A DNA stretch of 64,000 bases from a virus: positions 1 through 64,000 of IMG/VR virus record IMGVR_UViG_3300037483_000443. One strand, given 5' to 3'. Positions 9,205-19,130 of this stretch are shown here, one piece after another. Position 1 is the stretch's first letter. Every line of letters starts with the position of its first letter. Both the position numbers and the translations under genes were made by a program. The notes below the pieces were generated by a model. That model was given only the letters and a program-made list of their open reading frames with translations, ran no database searches and had not been told where the DNA came from.

Positions 9205-9408
9205 ATGACCAAACGTGATCTTCTTGATCTGATAGCAAATCTCGGGGACGACGACGAGATCATCATCTTGAAAGATGGTGGTGAATACTGGGGTTCCTAT
9301 TACGATGAATTGGAGGTAAACTTCACCGTCGGACCTCAATCAACCGGTCATCCAGGTGGAAATCGTGGCCGCATGGTCGACTGTAACAAAGTAGCAATCA
9401 TCTCCTAG
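9205..9408 (+). CDS. Small hypothetical early protein
   Basis: Strong SD and early-type promoter; MTKRDLLDLIANLGDDDEIIIL is a common phage small-protein start. Confidence 0.65.
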   Translation: MTKRDLLDLIANLGDDDEIIILKDGGEYWGSYYDELEVNFTVGPQSTGHPGGNRGRMVDCNKVAIIS

Positions 9409-9567
9409 GTGCCAAACATGAGTCAACGAACTGACATCCTAGACAAGCTCGGCAGAAAGTTCCTGTAGTGCAACCGTAAACTTGAGCTAAATCGTTCTCA
9501 GTGCAGCTGAAGACGTTCAAGTCTACACTTCTCTGGAAGAAGCAATCAAATGTTTGAAGCAATTTGG

Positions 9568-10254
9568 CTAGATGAAGAAGTCTAGTACATTCTTCTTGTC
9601 ACATACAACTACGATGCAGATGAAGCCTCGGCGTTGACATTCTTCTATCTTTTCTCGGATCACCTCAGGCTTAAACTGAAGAGTAAACCTGCTCTTTACC
9701 TCAATCATCAGATTGGTACCCTTGATCCAGATGTCAGGATAGTATCGTGAGATTCGTTTAGTTTCAGGGTGATTGTAAAAGATCTTTGGGATGCTTGCTC
9801 GGCTGGTAATGATCCGGTCTTCACAGATTCCCATCTCATTCAGTAAGAACTTGATCACTACATCTTCATAGCCTTGGTACTTGAAGATCGTTCCAGACTC
9901 GGCTTCAAATGACTTGATCTTAAATCGAGCACTCATAACTCGTTGAAAGACTCTGAAGTTCTGCATCGGGTGTCGTACTCCGTATCTTCTCAGAGAAGTA
10001 GTGATGCTCTTCTCTGTGTGGGCGGGATACTCTTCACCGTACTTTGCAAGATTTGTTGCCTTTGCCTTCTCTCGAAATTCAGGTACATGAGCAACGTTGT
10101 CTACTCCGTACTTCTGTAGGTTTGAGATCTTCTTTCTTCTTTGAAACTCTGGGATGTGTGCTACGTTCTCTACCCCGTACTTCTTCAACACCGTCAAACG
10201 TCTTTTCTCTTTTGGAGATAGCTCATTTGATGTGTTGGTTGTAGGACTTGTCAT
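9568..10254 (-). CDS. Putative homing endonuclease with KYGV repeats and PD-(D/E)XK domain
   Basis: KYGVENVAHIPEF / KYGVDNVAHVPEF / KYGEEY / RYGVRH repeats; YYPDIWI...IEVKS. Confidence 0.7.
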   Translation of the reverse strand: MTSPTTNTSNELSPKEKRRLTVLKKYGVENVAHIPEFQRRKKISNLQKYGVDNVAHVPEFREKAKATNLAKYGEEYPAHTEKSITTSLRRYGVRHPMQNFRVFQRVMSARFKIKSFEAESGTIFKYQGYEDVVIKFLLNEMGICEDRIITSRASIPKIFYNHPETKRISRYYPDIWIKGTNLMIEVKSRFTLQFKPEVIREKIEECQRRGFICIVVVCDKKNVLDFFI

Positions 10255-11044
10255 CCATCATTTCCTTTACCCTCTTCTGGAGAGCCAGAAGCACAGGGTA
10301 GATCTCGTCCTCGAGTTGTTTAAGCTCGATGATCTGCTCAACGTAGAGTTTTCCCCTTGACTGTCGGTTACCCGGAAGTCCTACGTGAGGGATGCACAAT
10401 AAACTCTTCGTTGAAGCCTTTACCGAGAAACCGTCTAAGTTAGGGTTGATGTTTCTCAAAGAAAAATCAAACCCAGATAGAACCATTCCCGTGGTAACGT
10501 GTACTTTGCAGTAAAGACAGTTAACGCCGTTGATCACTCTCTGAGAATAGAACCCAGTAGGATCTTCGATGTGATATTTAATGGTGACGGTACATTGTTC
10601 TCTCCCGTCAAGAGTCTTTGCGACTTGCTGAAGTTGAGAGCCCTCAGTGACACCGTAGGGCGGTTTGATGTAAAAGCCAGTTCCTGGAATCTCTACTTGG
10701 CTGTTTCCAAAAAGGTCACCGAATGAGATCGTAACATCTCGGACTTGGGTGTCAGCCTTTTTCTTCTGACCCATATCAACTTCAGTCCATGTTCTGGAAG
10801 TGTACCAGTAAGCATCATGAGCTGGCGTTGCTTTTGGAGGTTGAGTTTGTGGCTTAGGCTCTGATTTATACTTGCCAAAGTTTTTGATGATGTAGTCGTA
10901 TGCTTGCTTGATCTGCTTGAACTTTTCAGTATCACCTGTAGGTTTGTCAGGGTGATAGTACTGCGCTAGCTTCTTGAAAGCATGCTTTACCTCATCTTTC
11001 GAAGAGGTCTCATTTACTCCAAGAAGCTGGTAGTATTCACGCAT
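10223..11044 (-). CDS. DnaJ-domain co-chaperone
   Basis: YYQLLGV...YHPDK...FKQIKQAY J-domain; degenerate DnaJ C-terminal (GLP...RGKLYV). Confidence 0.8.
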   Translation of the reverse strand: MREYYQLLGVNETSSKDEVKHAFKKLAQYYHPDKPTGDTEKFKQIKQAYDYIIKNFGKYKSEPKPQTQPPKATPAHDAYWYTSRTWTEVDMGQKKKADTQVRDVTISFGDLFGNSQVEIPGTGFYIKPPYGVTEGSQLQQVAKTLDGREQCTVTIKYHIEDPTGFYSQRVINGVNCLYCKVHVTTGMVLSGFDFSLRNINPNLDGFSVKASTKSLLCIPHVGLPGNRQSRGKLYVEQIIELKQLEDEIYPVLLALQKRVKEMMDDKSYNQHIK

Positions 11045-13190
11045 CAGGCTGCAATATCAGAGACGAGAATCCACCTTCTTTGCGGATCACGAAGCTATTG
11101 TCACAACGTCCATCAAACTCTGGGCGGTGTGAGATAATAAAGATCGCGATGTCATCGTCCCAAGCCTTACTTTTCAGAGTCGAAATCAGAGCATCAACAT
11201 CAGGGCCGCTGATGGAACCACCGTCGATCTCATCAGTAAACAGAACGTTGACCTTAGAGTGGAGGTATGTCAAAACATCACGAAACGATAGGCAGAGTGA
11301 CAAGTTCAGCATCTTCTGCTCACCTTTTGAGAGGTTGCCGTGATCAAGATCGCGACCAATCTGCGTGATCTCACAAGACATGTCTGGCTGGAACATGACG
11401 ATGTGTGGCAGATTCAACTTCTCAGTGTAGTAAGCTATGCGCTTGTTCAAGAACGGAATCGTCTTAGAGACGATGTTCTTACGGATGAAGGAGTTTTTGT
11501 CAGTCAGTAGCTTCAGAAGAAATTGCTGGTGTTCTTGGACCTTGTTGAGCTCATCAAGAACTTCAATCTCTACTTCAACTTCACCTTCCTTGAGCAGAGC
11601 TTCATGAGCTTCTACGTGAGGATTAGACTCGTTGTTCAATGATTCTACCTTGGATTGGAGAGTACCGATCTCATTCTTTGCTTTGAGCAGAGAGTTCAGA
11701 TCCTTGTAGGTGAGAACTGAAGAAAGCTCATTGAGAGTTGACTGCTTCTCCTTGAGAGCTGGAGCATGGATGCTCTCCACCTTAGAAGCATTGAGCTTCA
11801 TCAACTCATCTGAGATTTGCTTCACATCAACAGCCTGTTGATCTTTGAAATTCTTGATCGCATCTTCCAAAGCTCTCATCTCTAACATTATCGTCTCAAT
11901 GTCTTCGGTCTGCTTCTTCTTGAACGAATTGATTGCTTCTTCTAAGAGAATCTTGGAGCTCTCATTTTCAATGATAGTAGTAGAAACAGAACTTAGCTTC
12001 TGTGTGAGGTCTTCTACTTTGGATTCAGCATCTTCAAACTTTTGGAGACAGTACGGGCACTTGGAATCCTTGAGGTGAGAGAGCTCTTCCTCAATCTTAG
12101 CCTTCTCACTCTCTGTTGTGACTTGATCTCTGAGAAGCATCGTCAGCTTTGCTTGTTCAGGAGCAACTTCGCGTTCGCGATCAGTTTTATCTCTGATCAA
12201 AATAGACAGCTGTTCTTGTTCAGGAGCTACTTCACGCTCTCTTGAAGACTTCTTGGTCTGGAGTTCACGGTAGCTAGAATCGTATACCGAAGACTCTTCA
12301 CGGATCTTAGACTGGAGATCAACGATGTCTACTTTGAGGGTAGCGATCTCACCGAAGAGAGCTTCCTCGGAATCAAAGTCAATCGATGACAGAGTTTGGA
12401 TCTGAGAATCGATACGTTGAATCTCTGCTACCCGATTGGAATCCCACTTCATGATGCGATCAGCTGCCTCTTGAACATGACGAGCATGAATTTCGTTCTG
12501 CTTCTTCTGGTGTTCGATTTTCTGTTTCTGTAGAGTGATCGTCTTCTCTAGCTCACCGATCATACGCTTTAAAGCGTTGGCCTTCTTGGATAGCATGGTA
12601 ATGCGGAAAAGCTCTTCGATCAGAGCACGCTGTGCTCCGACACTGAGGTCAAGGAACGGCTGAGAGTTGCCATTGAACAGAATGATCTGAGAGAAGAGAT
12701 TGTAGCTGAAGCCAAGGATCTCCTCGATCTTTGCGTTGAAACTATCTTCACCTCGGTTGACGTTTGCTGGGGTGACATCCAGGTCATCCATAAGTAACTG
12801 TACGCCTGTAGCTCCACCTCTCCAGCGACGAACGGAATAAGTGTGGTCATCTTTCGTGAAGGTCACCTCTACTTCCATCTGGGTGATCTTCTTGTCATTC
12901 GTGCGATTGATGAGCTTGTCCTTGACGACACTCGCTGGGATCTTGTCATAGAGACAGTAGGAGATTGCGTTGATGAGCGTAGATTTACCTGCACCAGAAG
13001 AGCCGCCCTTGTCAAGGTTCTCTCCCATCAGGAGAGTAGTACCAGGCTTATCTAAAGCGAATTCAGTCCACAAATTTGAAAACGACATGAAATTCTTGAA
13101 CTTGACAGTCTTAAAAACGATACCCAACTCATTCAAAATTTCTTTATTATCTAGTATAGTTGTTGTCACTTTAGAATTGCCTCGATCCAA
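11037..13190 (-). CDS. Recombination ATPase subunit (T4 gp46 / SbcC / Rad50-like)
   Basis: KNFMS, Walker A GAGKST, coiled coil with CPYC hook, LSKGE signature, FTDE Walker B, ISH. Confidence 0.92.
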   Translation of the reverse strand: MDRGNSKVTTTILDNKEILNELGIVFKTVKFKNFMSFSNLWTEFALDKPGTTLLMGENLDKGGSSGAGKSTLINAISYCLYDKIPASVVKDKLINRTNDKKITQMEVEVTFTKDDHTYSVRRWRGGATGVQLLMDDLDVTPANVNRGEDSFNAKIEEILGFSYNLFSQIILFNGNSQPFLDLSVGAQRALIEELFRITMLSKKANALKRMIGELEKTITLQKQKIEHQKKQNEIHARHVQEAADRIMKWDSNRVAEIQRIDSQIQTLSSIDFDSEEALFGEIATLKVDIVDLQSKIREESSVYDSSYRELQTKKSSREREVAPEQEQLSILIRDKTDREREVAPEQAKLTMLLRDQVTTESEKAKIEEELSHLKDSKCPYCLQKFEDAESKVEDLTQKLSSVSTTIIENESSKILLEEAINSFKKKQTEDIETIMLEMRALEDAIKNFKDQQAVDVKQISDELMKLNASKVESIHAPALKEKQSTLNELSSVLTYKDLNSLLKAKNEIGTLQSKVESLNNESNPHVEAHEALLKEGEVEVEIEVLDELNKVQEHQQFLLKLLTDKNSFIRKNIVSKTIPFLNKRIAYYTEKLNLPHIVMFQPDMSCEITQIGRDLDHGNLSKGEQKMLNLSLCLSFRDVLTYLHSKVNVLFTDEIDGGSISGPDVDALISTLKSKAWDDDIAIFIISHRPEFDGRCDNSFVIRKEGGFSSLILQPDA

Positions 13191-13354
13191 GATTCAATTT
13201 CAGACAAGATACCAGAGATTTCTGTTTCCTTAGTATCTCTCGTACAAACTTTATCTACAAAGTTATGCTCATTTGCAACCTGTCTATAGAGCCATCCAGC
13301 TTTATGAGCTTCATCTCGAAGATGTCGTAAAGCAAGTTTTTGAAGTTCTGTCAT
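13166..13354 (-). CDS. Hypothetical protein between gp47 and gp46
   Basis: 62-aa ORF overlapping both neighbours. Confidence 0.45.
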   Translation of the reverse strand: MTELQKLALRHLRDEAHKAGWLYRQVANEHNFVDKVCTRDTKETEISGILSEIESWIEAILK

Positions 13355-14430
13355 GCTTGTTCGTTCTCGGTAGATTCAGAGGGGAGTGATTTGTAGATTT
13401 CGACTAACAGAGCTCCGTCAATCTGAGTCTTCTTGTCACCGGTTACGGTCTCAAGCTGCTTGACGACAAGGTCATCGATGCTTGAGAAGTCGAGGAGAGT
13501 TTCTTCAACCTTCATGTTGTCACCCTCGAGGAGGCCTTGCTTTGCAGCCCGGTCTTCTTCAAGTACAAAGTCACGAAGCTGATAGGCTTCGGTCATTGCT
13601 TCGCGTAGATCTTGAGCTTCTTGGTATCCAAGCTCACCATCGATCGTGCACTTCACCTTCATCTTGGGAAGCGGCTTCCACTTCTCATTCAAGACGGCTG
13701 TGAGGGTGGTCTTGTAGTACTTCGGACAGTCGCTCCAGTTGGTAAAGGTTACTTTATCATCTTTCACGTAGTATGAACACATACCGCGCTCATAGTCACC
13801 TGCATCACCAAAATCCATAGGATAGCAATTTCCTATGTACACTACGTTATCTTGTTGCTGACGTTTGTGGTAGTGTCCTGAGAAGATCTTCTTTGGGCCG
13901 TTGAACAGATGATGGTCAGGACCATGTTGTGCAACGTGTGTATGACCGGTTAGCACAAAGTTCTTGAACTCGAAGTGACCGAACCAAGCTTGAAGTTTAT
14001 TGTGCTCAATCAGCTGTGCATATTCTTCCTCAAACAGAAAGGGAGAGAACAACAAGTTCTCAATCACTGTAGGTTTATCGATCACCACAAAGTTGCTTAG
14101 CTCGTTAAACATCCGAACAGAGTGAACGTCACGAGTCGTGCGACGGTGAAGGTCATGGTTCCCAACGCAGAAGTAGACAGGCAGACCGACGTCGTTCAAC
14201 ATCTTGAGAGCACGATAAGAGTACTCCAACGTCTCAATGTTGATTGCAGAGCGACTCTCGAACCAGTCACCCAAGAACGCGATCTGAGTATAATTCCCAC
14301 CTGATAGCTGAGTACAGAACCACTCCACAAAGTCAAGACAGTCTTGATTGTGAACTCTCGAGTTTCCCCGACGTCCGAAGTGTATATCCGAAAAGAGTGC
14401 TATTTTTTCGAAAGTTTGTGAGTTAAGCAT
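13351..14430 (-). CDS. Recombination nuclease subunit (T4 gp47 / SbcD / Mre11-like)
   Basis: Metallophosphoesterase motifs DIH, GD, GNHD, GH, GHYH; next to gp46. Confidence 0.92.
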   Translation of the reverse strand: MLNSQTFEKIALFSDIHFGRRGNSRVHNQDCLDFVEWFCTQLSGGNYTQIAFLGDWFESRSAINIETLEYSYRALKMLNDVGLPVYFCVGNHDLHRRTTRDVHSVRMFNELSNFVVIDKPTVIENLLFSPFLFEEEYAQLIEHNKLQAWFGHFEFKNFVLTGHTHVAQHGPDHHLFNGPKKIFSGHYHKRQQQDNVVYIGNCYPMDFGDAGDYERGMCSYYVKDDKVTFTNWSDCPKYYKTTLTAVLNEKWKPLPKMKVKCTIDGELGYQEAQDLREAMTEAYQLRDFVLEEDRAAKQGLLEGDNMKVEETLLDFSSIDDLVVKQLETVTGDKKTQIDGALLVEIYKSLPSESTENEQA

Positions 14431-14678
14431 TTTTAGATTTTGGTCCTGCTATTCTGTAACATTTCCATCCATTATACTCTAAAAGACGCCCAGACGAAAT
14501 TTTTCTCATTTCATTCAATGAAAGTCTGTTTGCTTTACAGAAGACTCCAAGTCCTTTCACTGTAAATTTTTCATCTTTAGGCGATATGCAGATATAAGTG
14601 AATGCTTTAGATTTCTGTAATGCTGCTAAACTTGCTTTTCGTGCTCGCTGAGATCGTTCTTCTTGTGTCAGAGTTCAT
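14423..14678 (-). pseudogene. Frameshifted/degenerate homing-endonuclease DNA-binding domain remnant
   Basis: Open frame 14674-14423 (TLTQEERSQRARKAS...YICISPKDEKFTVKGLGVFCKANRL...GWKCYRI) lies 1 nt out of frame with ATG at 14678. Confidence 0.45.
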
Positions 14679-14680
14679 GC

Positions 14681-14866
14681 TCAGATCAATCGAATGATTT
14701 CTACTTTACCTTCGCCGGCGTATGAAGTGACGATGACGTCTCCGTGTTTCTTGAATGCTTTGCGCATGCTCTTTGCGTAATTACTGATGTAGTCTTTAGC
14801 TTTACTCGGAGGAAGATTTCCGGTTGGGACGTTGATTTGAAAGATTGAACGTGTTTTCTTGCTCAT
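14681..14866 (-). CDS. Hypothetical protein
   Basis: 61 aa; IFQINVPTGNLPPSKAKDYI resembles a segment of gp20-type portal proteins. Confidence 0.5.
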   Translation of the reverse strand: MSKKTRSIFQINVPTGNLPPSKAKDYISNYAKSMRKAFKKHGDVIVTSYAGEGKVEIIRLI

Positions 14867-14875
14867 TTTGGTTCC

Positions 14876-15574
14876 TTATTGATCAAACTCAAGCAGACTT
14901 GATTTAACTGCTGGAATATTTGTGTAATCTGGTGCATCAGGATCACCTTCGACAAATCCGTTAGCATCTAACTCATCGGTTGTGATGGTGCCTTCTGCTT
15001 CTTCTGCTAAGTTCTTCTCTTCCATCGCCGCAATAGCTGCTGCTTTTGCGGCTGCGTGTATCGCGTCTTGTTCGAGTCGAAGTTTAGCTTCTTCGATGTT
15101 AGTCTTGATCTCAGCAAATTCGGGACCAAGTTCACCGTTTTCATGTTGTCGTGCTTCTTCTTGGAAATTGAAGCTGGGATTTTCACCCATCTCAACGAGG
15201 AGTTGATCGCGTATTCTGCGATGCTTCTTCTCTACGTTCAAGAACTGTAAGAAGGAAGAGTTGATACAGGTAGTGTAGTAAGCGAAAGGGTTTGATGATT
15301 TCTCAGGATTGAACTTCAGAGCATTCTGACAGAGATTTGCCAGTGCTTCTGAGATCATGTCTTCCTTGTAAGTATAGTTGTAGAAACAAGGTCTCTGCGC
15401 ATACCTACGAGTGAGCATCATCAACATCTTCGCCAACTCATCGGAGATCCTACCGGTCTCTTTCGACTTTATCACTTCAGGCAACATCTTACCGTTAGTT
15501 ACGTAATACTTTGAGGTGTACTCCGGAGTGTCTGGATTTTTCGCTCTCTTTTGTGGCTTTGTCGTAGTTGTCAT
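14876..15574 (-). CDS. Late transcription sigma factor (T4 gp55-like)
   Basis: YVTN..., FYNYTYKEDMISEA...KFNPEKSSNPFAYYT...SFLQFLNVEKK motifs; acidic C-tail; upstream of gp47/46 as in T4. Confidence 0.88.
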   Translation of the reverse strand: MTTTTKPQKRAKNPDTPEYTSKYYVTNGKMLPEVIKSKETGRISDELAKMLMMLTRRYAQRPCFYNYTYKEDMISEALANLCQNALKFNPEKSSNPFAYYTTCINSSFLQFLNVEKKHRRIRDQLLVEMGENPSFNFQEEARQHENGELGPEFAEIKTNIEEAKLRLEQDAIHAAAKAAAIAAMEEKNLAEEAEGTITTDELDANGFVEGDPDAPDYTNIPAVKSSLLEFDQ

Positions 15575-15713
15575 GTGTCTTTCTCGATAGTTGTGTAGTA
15601 CCTCTAGGAACTAGATAAAGTCATCTTATCACATTCAACGAAAAGATGTCATTTTTCTAGACAAGTACAAGAGGTGTAAATAGAAGGGATTACTTATTTA
15701 GGGTTACCAGCAC

Positions 15714-16343
15714 ATGAAACTTGCACAACTTTTTGAGAAGATCGAGGCGAAACGTCTAGTGGTCGTCTACGGAGGGCGTTTTGAGCCTTTTCATAGAGGC
15801 CATTACGAAGCATACAGATGGTTGTGTAAGAAGTTTGGTGAAGAAAATGTGTGGATAGCGACATCAAACAAAACTAATTTCAACCCCAAGAGCGGAGACA
15901 TTTCTCCCTTCAACTTCAAGGAGAAGAAGGAGATCATGGTAGCGATGTATGACATCAATCCACGGCGCATCGTTCAAAGTAAGAATCCAGCTTTCAGACC
16001 CCAAGAAGTGTTTGACTTGTACAAAGGGTTTCCGATCATCTACGTCTCTGCTGTGGGTAAGAAAGATGCAGATCGCTATCACACTGGAACGTTCTTCAAA
16101 GAGCTGCCCCAGCCGTTCGTGAAGCGTGATGTGGAAGCTCTTGCGACACTCGATGATAGTGTCGGGTACTACGTTGAAGTTCCGATGATCGTTCGTGATT
16201 TATCAGGCACAGAAGTTCGCAAGCAACTGAAATCTGCTAAAGGTGATGAGCGTGAGAAGCTATTCAAGAAATTCTTTGGTGTTTATAATTCGATTATAGA
16301 CTCTTTGATTATTGCCAAATTGAAGGACGTTAAAGATGAATAA
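15714..16343 (+). CDS. HxGH nucleotidyltransferase (cytidylyltransferase-like)
   Basis: GGRFEPFHRGH motif, KD-x-DR, SGTEVRK; late promoter at 15677. Confidence 0.8.
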   Translation: MKLAQLFEKIEAKRLVVVYGGRFEPFHRGHYEAYRWLCKKFGEENVWIATSNKTNFNPKSGDISPFNFKEKKEIMVAMYDINPRRIVQSKNPAFRPQEVFDLYKGFPIIYVSAVGKKDADRYHTGTFFKELPQPFVKRDVEALATLDDSVGYYVEVPMIVRDLSGTEVRKQLKSAKGDEREKLFKKFFGVYNSIIDSLIIAKLKDVKDE

Positions 16344-17070
16344 TTTTCAGCCTACATATCTTTATATTAAGCAACATACAGTTACTGGCAAACTATACTT
16401 TGGAAAAACAACTAGAGTAGATCCGGTAAAATATCCAGGGTCTGGCACTTATTGGAAACTCCATCTTAAAGTTCATGGTAAAAAGAATGTTAAAACTCTT
16501 TGGATTAGCGATCTTTTCCTTGATTTTGAAGATTTAAAAGAATTTGCTCTATTTGTGTCAGAAGAATTTGATATTATCAAGTCAGATAGATGGGCAAATT
16601 TAATTTTTGAGGATGGAATTGGTGGAGTTAGCGGTATGAAACATTCTACTGAAACAAAACTAAAAATCGGATTAGCTCATAAAAATAAACCCAAAACAGC
16701 AGATCATCGTTCAAAAATATCGGCTTCCTCTAAAGGAAAATCAAAATCTATTGAACATAGAGCAAACGTTAGTAAGGGATTGACAGGTAAAAAACAATCT
16801 CTTGAAACGCATGAGAAAAGAGCAAATTCTAATAGAGGTAAAACACGATCTTTAGAAACTCGTGAAAAGATTTCTCTTTCTCGACGCGGTAATACCCCCT
16901 CTATTGAATCCCGTGAAAAAATGGCAGCTGCTAAAAGAGGAAAGAAGAATGGTCCACAATCACCTGAACTTATAGCAAAGAGGGTAGAAGCTAGAAAAAA
17001 GAACTATCTCCATAGAATGATCATAGTACGGGTTAAAGACGTCAAAGAAATTGATGGAGCCGAAGAATGA
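16336..17070 (+). CDS. GIY-YIG homing endonuclease with NUMOD3 repeats
   Basis: YLYIK...LYFGKT...YPGSG; repeated HS-x-ETK-x-KI / KS-x-EHR units; AT-rich. Confidence 0.8.
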   Translation: MNNFQPTYLYIKQHTVTGKLYFGKTTRVDPVKYPGSGTYWKLHLKVHGKKNVKTLWISDLFLDFEDLKEFALFVSEEFDIIKSDRWANLIFEDGIGGVSGMKHSTETKLKIGLAHKNKPKTADHRSKISASSKGKSKSIEHRANVSKGLTGKKQSLETHEKRANSNRGKTRSLETREKISLSRRGNTPSIESREKMAAAKRGKKNGPQSPELIAKRVEARKKNYLHRMIIVRVKDVKEIDGAEE

Positions 17071-18230
17071 TAGATTTCTTTGACGTCTTTAACCCGTACT
17101 ATGATCAATTTTCAATTCACTCTGCTGATTTTGTTGTGCCTGCTCACTTTAGCCAGTACGTACCAGACAACCAAACTGATTATCAATGCTTAACGGTACT
17201 CTCACCCAATCTTAGTCGCGGAGCTTCCCAGTGGACACTAAACAACACGATCTACGGGATCTATCAAAGTGACGCTTGGATCACGATCGGTGTTTATCGT
17301 GACGAGGGGAGAGCTGCAGCAAGACGTCCTGCTAAAAACAACGTTCAGTGGGTTCGAAGTGATTTTACTGTCACCGTCACAGACTCTTCACACAAAGTAC
17401 ACGTCGGTGATCTAATCAACGTATCAAACGCTAATGTTCCTACACTAACAGGTATTGAGGTGATAAGAACTGATGCTAATGGTTTTGACTTTTTAAGTCA
17501 AGCTGTCGGGCCAACATCTGGAGCAACCGCAACTTATCAGATGACTAATGAAACTAACTTCTATGAAAGTCACCTTGTTTTTAGATTGCTTCCATCGTTT
17601 AAGTTGATTCCTTACTCACTAGTACAGCAGATCTTTGAGACGACCGCTCCGACTACTACCCCGGCACTGAAAACTCTCTATAATGTCACTACTGGTAAGA
17701 CGATCGTCGTCCCAAACGCCACAAATAGCTACACGAACTACGAGCTACCTAATAAAACGATTCCACCGTCCGATTCAATACCTCTTCTGCGACGTTTTTC
17801 TCAGGTGTATGATGAAAACGGTAAGCCGATACTTCTACAGTATCAGACTAGTGGGTATCCTACACCGGTAAACAATGTAGATTCACAATACAAGAATATG
17901 CAAGTATTCTACAATTTACCTGTAGATCCTACAGGTGATTCTAGAATTTTTGTTTATGATTTCTATGGTCTTGACATTAATGATCCTATACGAACCCCAT
18001 ACACTTCAAGCACTATCGTATCTCGTGACACTAACGTCTCAGGTGACTTGGACAATTTCAAGATTCAAACAGACAACCTCGGGGATCCTGTTTACACTGG
18101 AACTTTGAATGATCTCTATGGCAACCTTGCGATCGGTGTGCAGTCAAACAACGCTCTTGTCATTCGGAAGCAAGTTCTTCCTCTAGAACTTGACGCATTC
18201 AATCGACCGGTTAAGGGAGCATCAGCATGA
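17067..18230 (+). CDS. Putative virion structural protein
   Basis: First gene of the baseplate operon, beta-rich composition. Confidence 0.55.
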   Translation: MIDFFDVFNPYYDQFSIHSADFVVPAHFSQYVPDNQTDYQCLTVLSPNLSRGASQWTLNNTIYGIYQSDAWITIGVYRDEGRAAARRPAKNNVQWVRSDFTVTVTDSSHKVHVGDLINVSNANVPTLTGIEVIRTDANGFDFLSQAVGPTSGATATYQMTNETNFYESHLVFRLLPSFKLIPYSLVQQIFETTAPTTTPALKTLYNVTTGKTIVVPNATNSYTNYELPNKTIPPSDSIPLLRRFSQVYDENGKPILLQYQTSGYPTPVNNVDSQYKNMQVFYNLPVDPTGDSRIFVYDFYGLDINDPIRTPYTSSTIVSRDTNVSGDLDNFKIQTDNLGDPVYTGTLNDLYGNLAIGVQSNNALVIRKQVLPLELDAFNRPVKGASA

Positions 18231-19117
18231 CATACAAAGTTACATTATCGTACGGCATGAGTCCTTCAAATCGAGTTATGTTTGAAGCTTCTGTACCGGT
18301 TTCGGAAAGTAGATCAGCAAATTATGATGGACATAGTATCGTTCACTTGCCTACCGACATCTGGTCATATCGAAATACTTCTGGTCGACACTTTTCAGTC
18401 GCAGGAAAATTGGTGTCTAGAAATGCAAGTGAAATGAAGGCAAATCTTCACTATATTGACCTGATTCGTGCTTGGGTGTTACCGTCATTTGGAGCATCCG
18501 GTTCAACTCCGCCGATCATTAAGTTTTCAGCTTTCAACAATCTGAACATCAAAGGTGTTCCATGTATCATTCGTTCTTACTCGATCAATTTTGCAGATGA
18601 TGTTGATTGGGTATTTGACTCGACAGATCCAAATTCAGCTGGACTGCCCGTGATCTGTTTTATCAATATTGAGCTTGATGAAGCTTATAGCCCTTCTCAG
18701 GTCACGGCGGGCGCTTGGAAGATGAATACAAGCGGTCCAACCGGTAGTTTTGTTTACGGAAATGTCTATGGAGATAATACATCAGCCGGCGGAGGGCAAC
18801 ACAGCGAGCAGCAACCTGCGCCCATAACTCCAGTAGCTTCTCAATTAACATCAACGTACAATGGAACTTCTGGAAGTATCAACGGACAACCAAATGGAAT
18901 CATGCCCTTGTCTCCTGGAAATGGAAGTCTTGCTGGAACCTACGGAGTTACTTCAGACGGACGAATCGTTGATCAGACGGCTTTAACTAATTCTATCACC
19001 CCTAACGATTTGTCAACTTTATACAACCCAAATCCACCCTCGATCCCCGCGATTACTTCATCATCAGGAACTGTTTTAGCTCCTCCTGTAATCGTCAACC
19101 CAGCTTCTACATTCTGA
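18227..19117 (+). CDS. Baseplate tail-tube initiator-like protein (gp48/gp54-like)
   Basis: SESRSANY...YRNTSGR...PPIIKF...VPCIIRSYSINF...IELDE pattern. Confidence 0.6.
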   Translation: MTYKVTLSYGMSPSNRVMFEASVPVSESRSANYDGHSIVHLPTDIWSYRNTSGRHFSVAGKLVSRNASEMKANLHYIDLIRAWVLPSFGASGSTPPIIKFSAFNNLNIKGVPCIIRSYSINFADDVDWVFDSTDPNSAGLPVICFINIELDEAYSPSQVTAGAWKMNTSGPTGSFVYGNVYGDNTSAGGGQHSEQQPAPITPVASQLTSTYNGTSGSINGQPNGIMPLSPGNGSLAGTYGVTSDGRIVDQTALTNSITPNDLSTLYNPNPPSIPAITSSSGTVLAPPVIVNPASTF

Positions 19118-19130
19118 AGTAAATATACTC

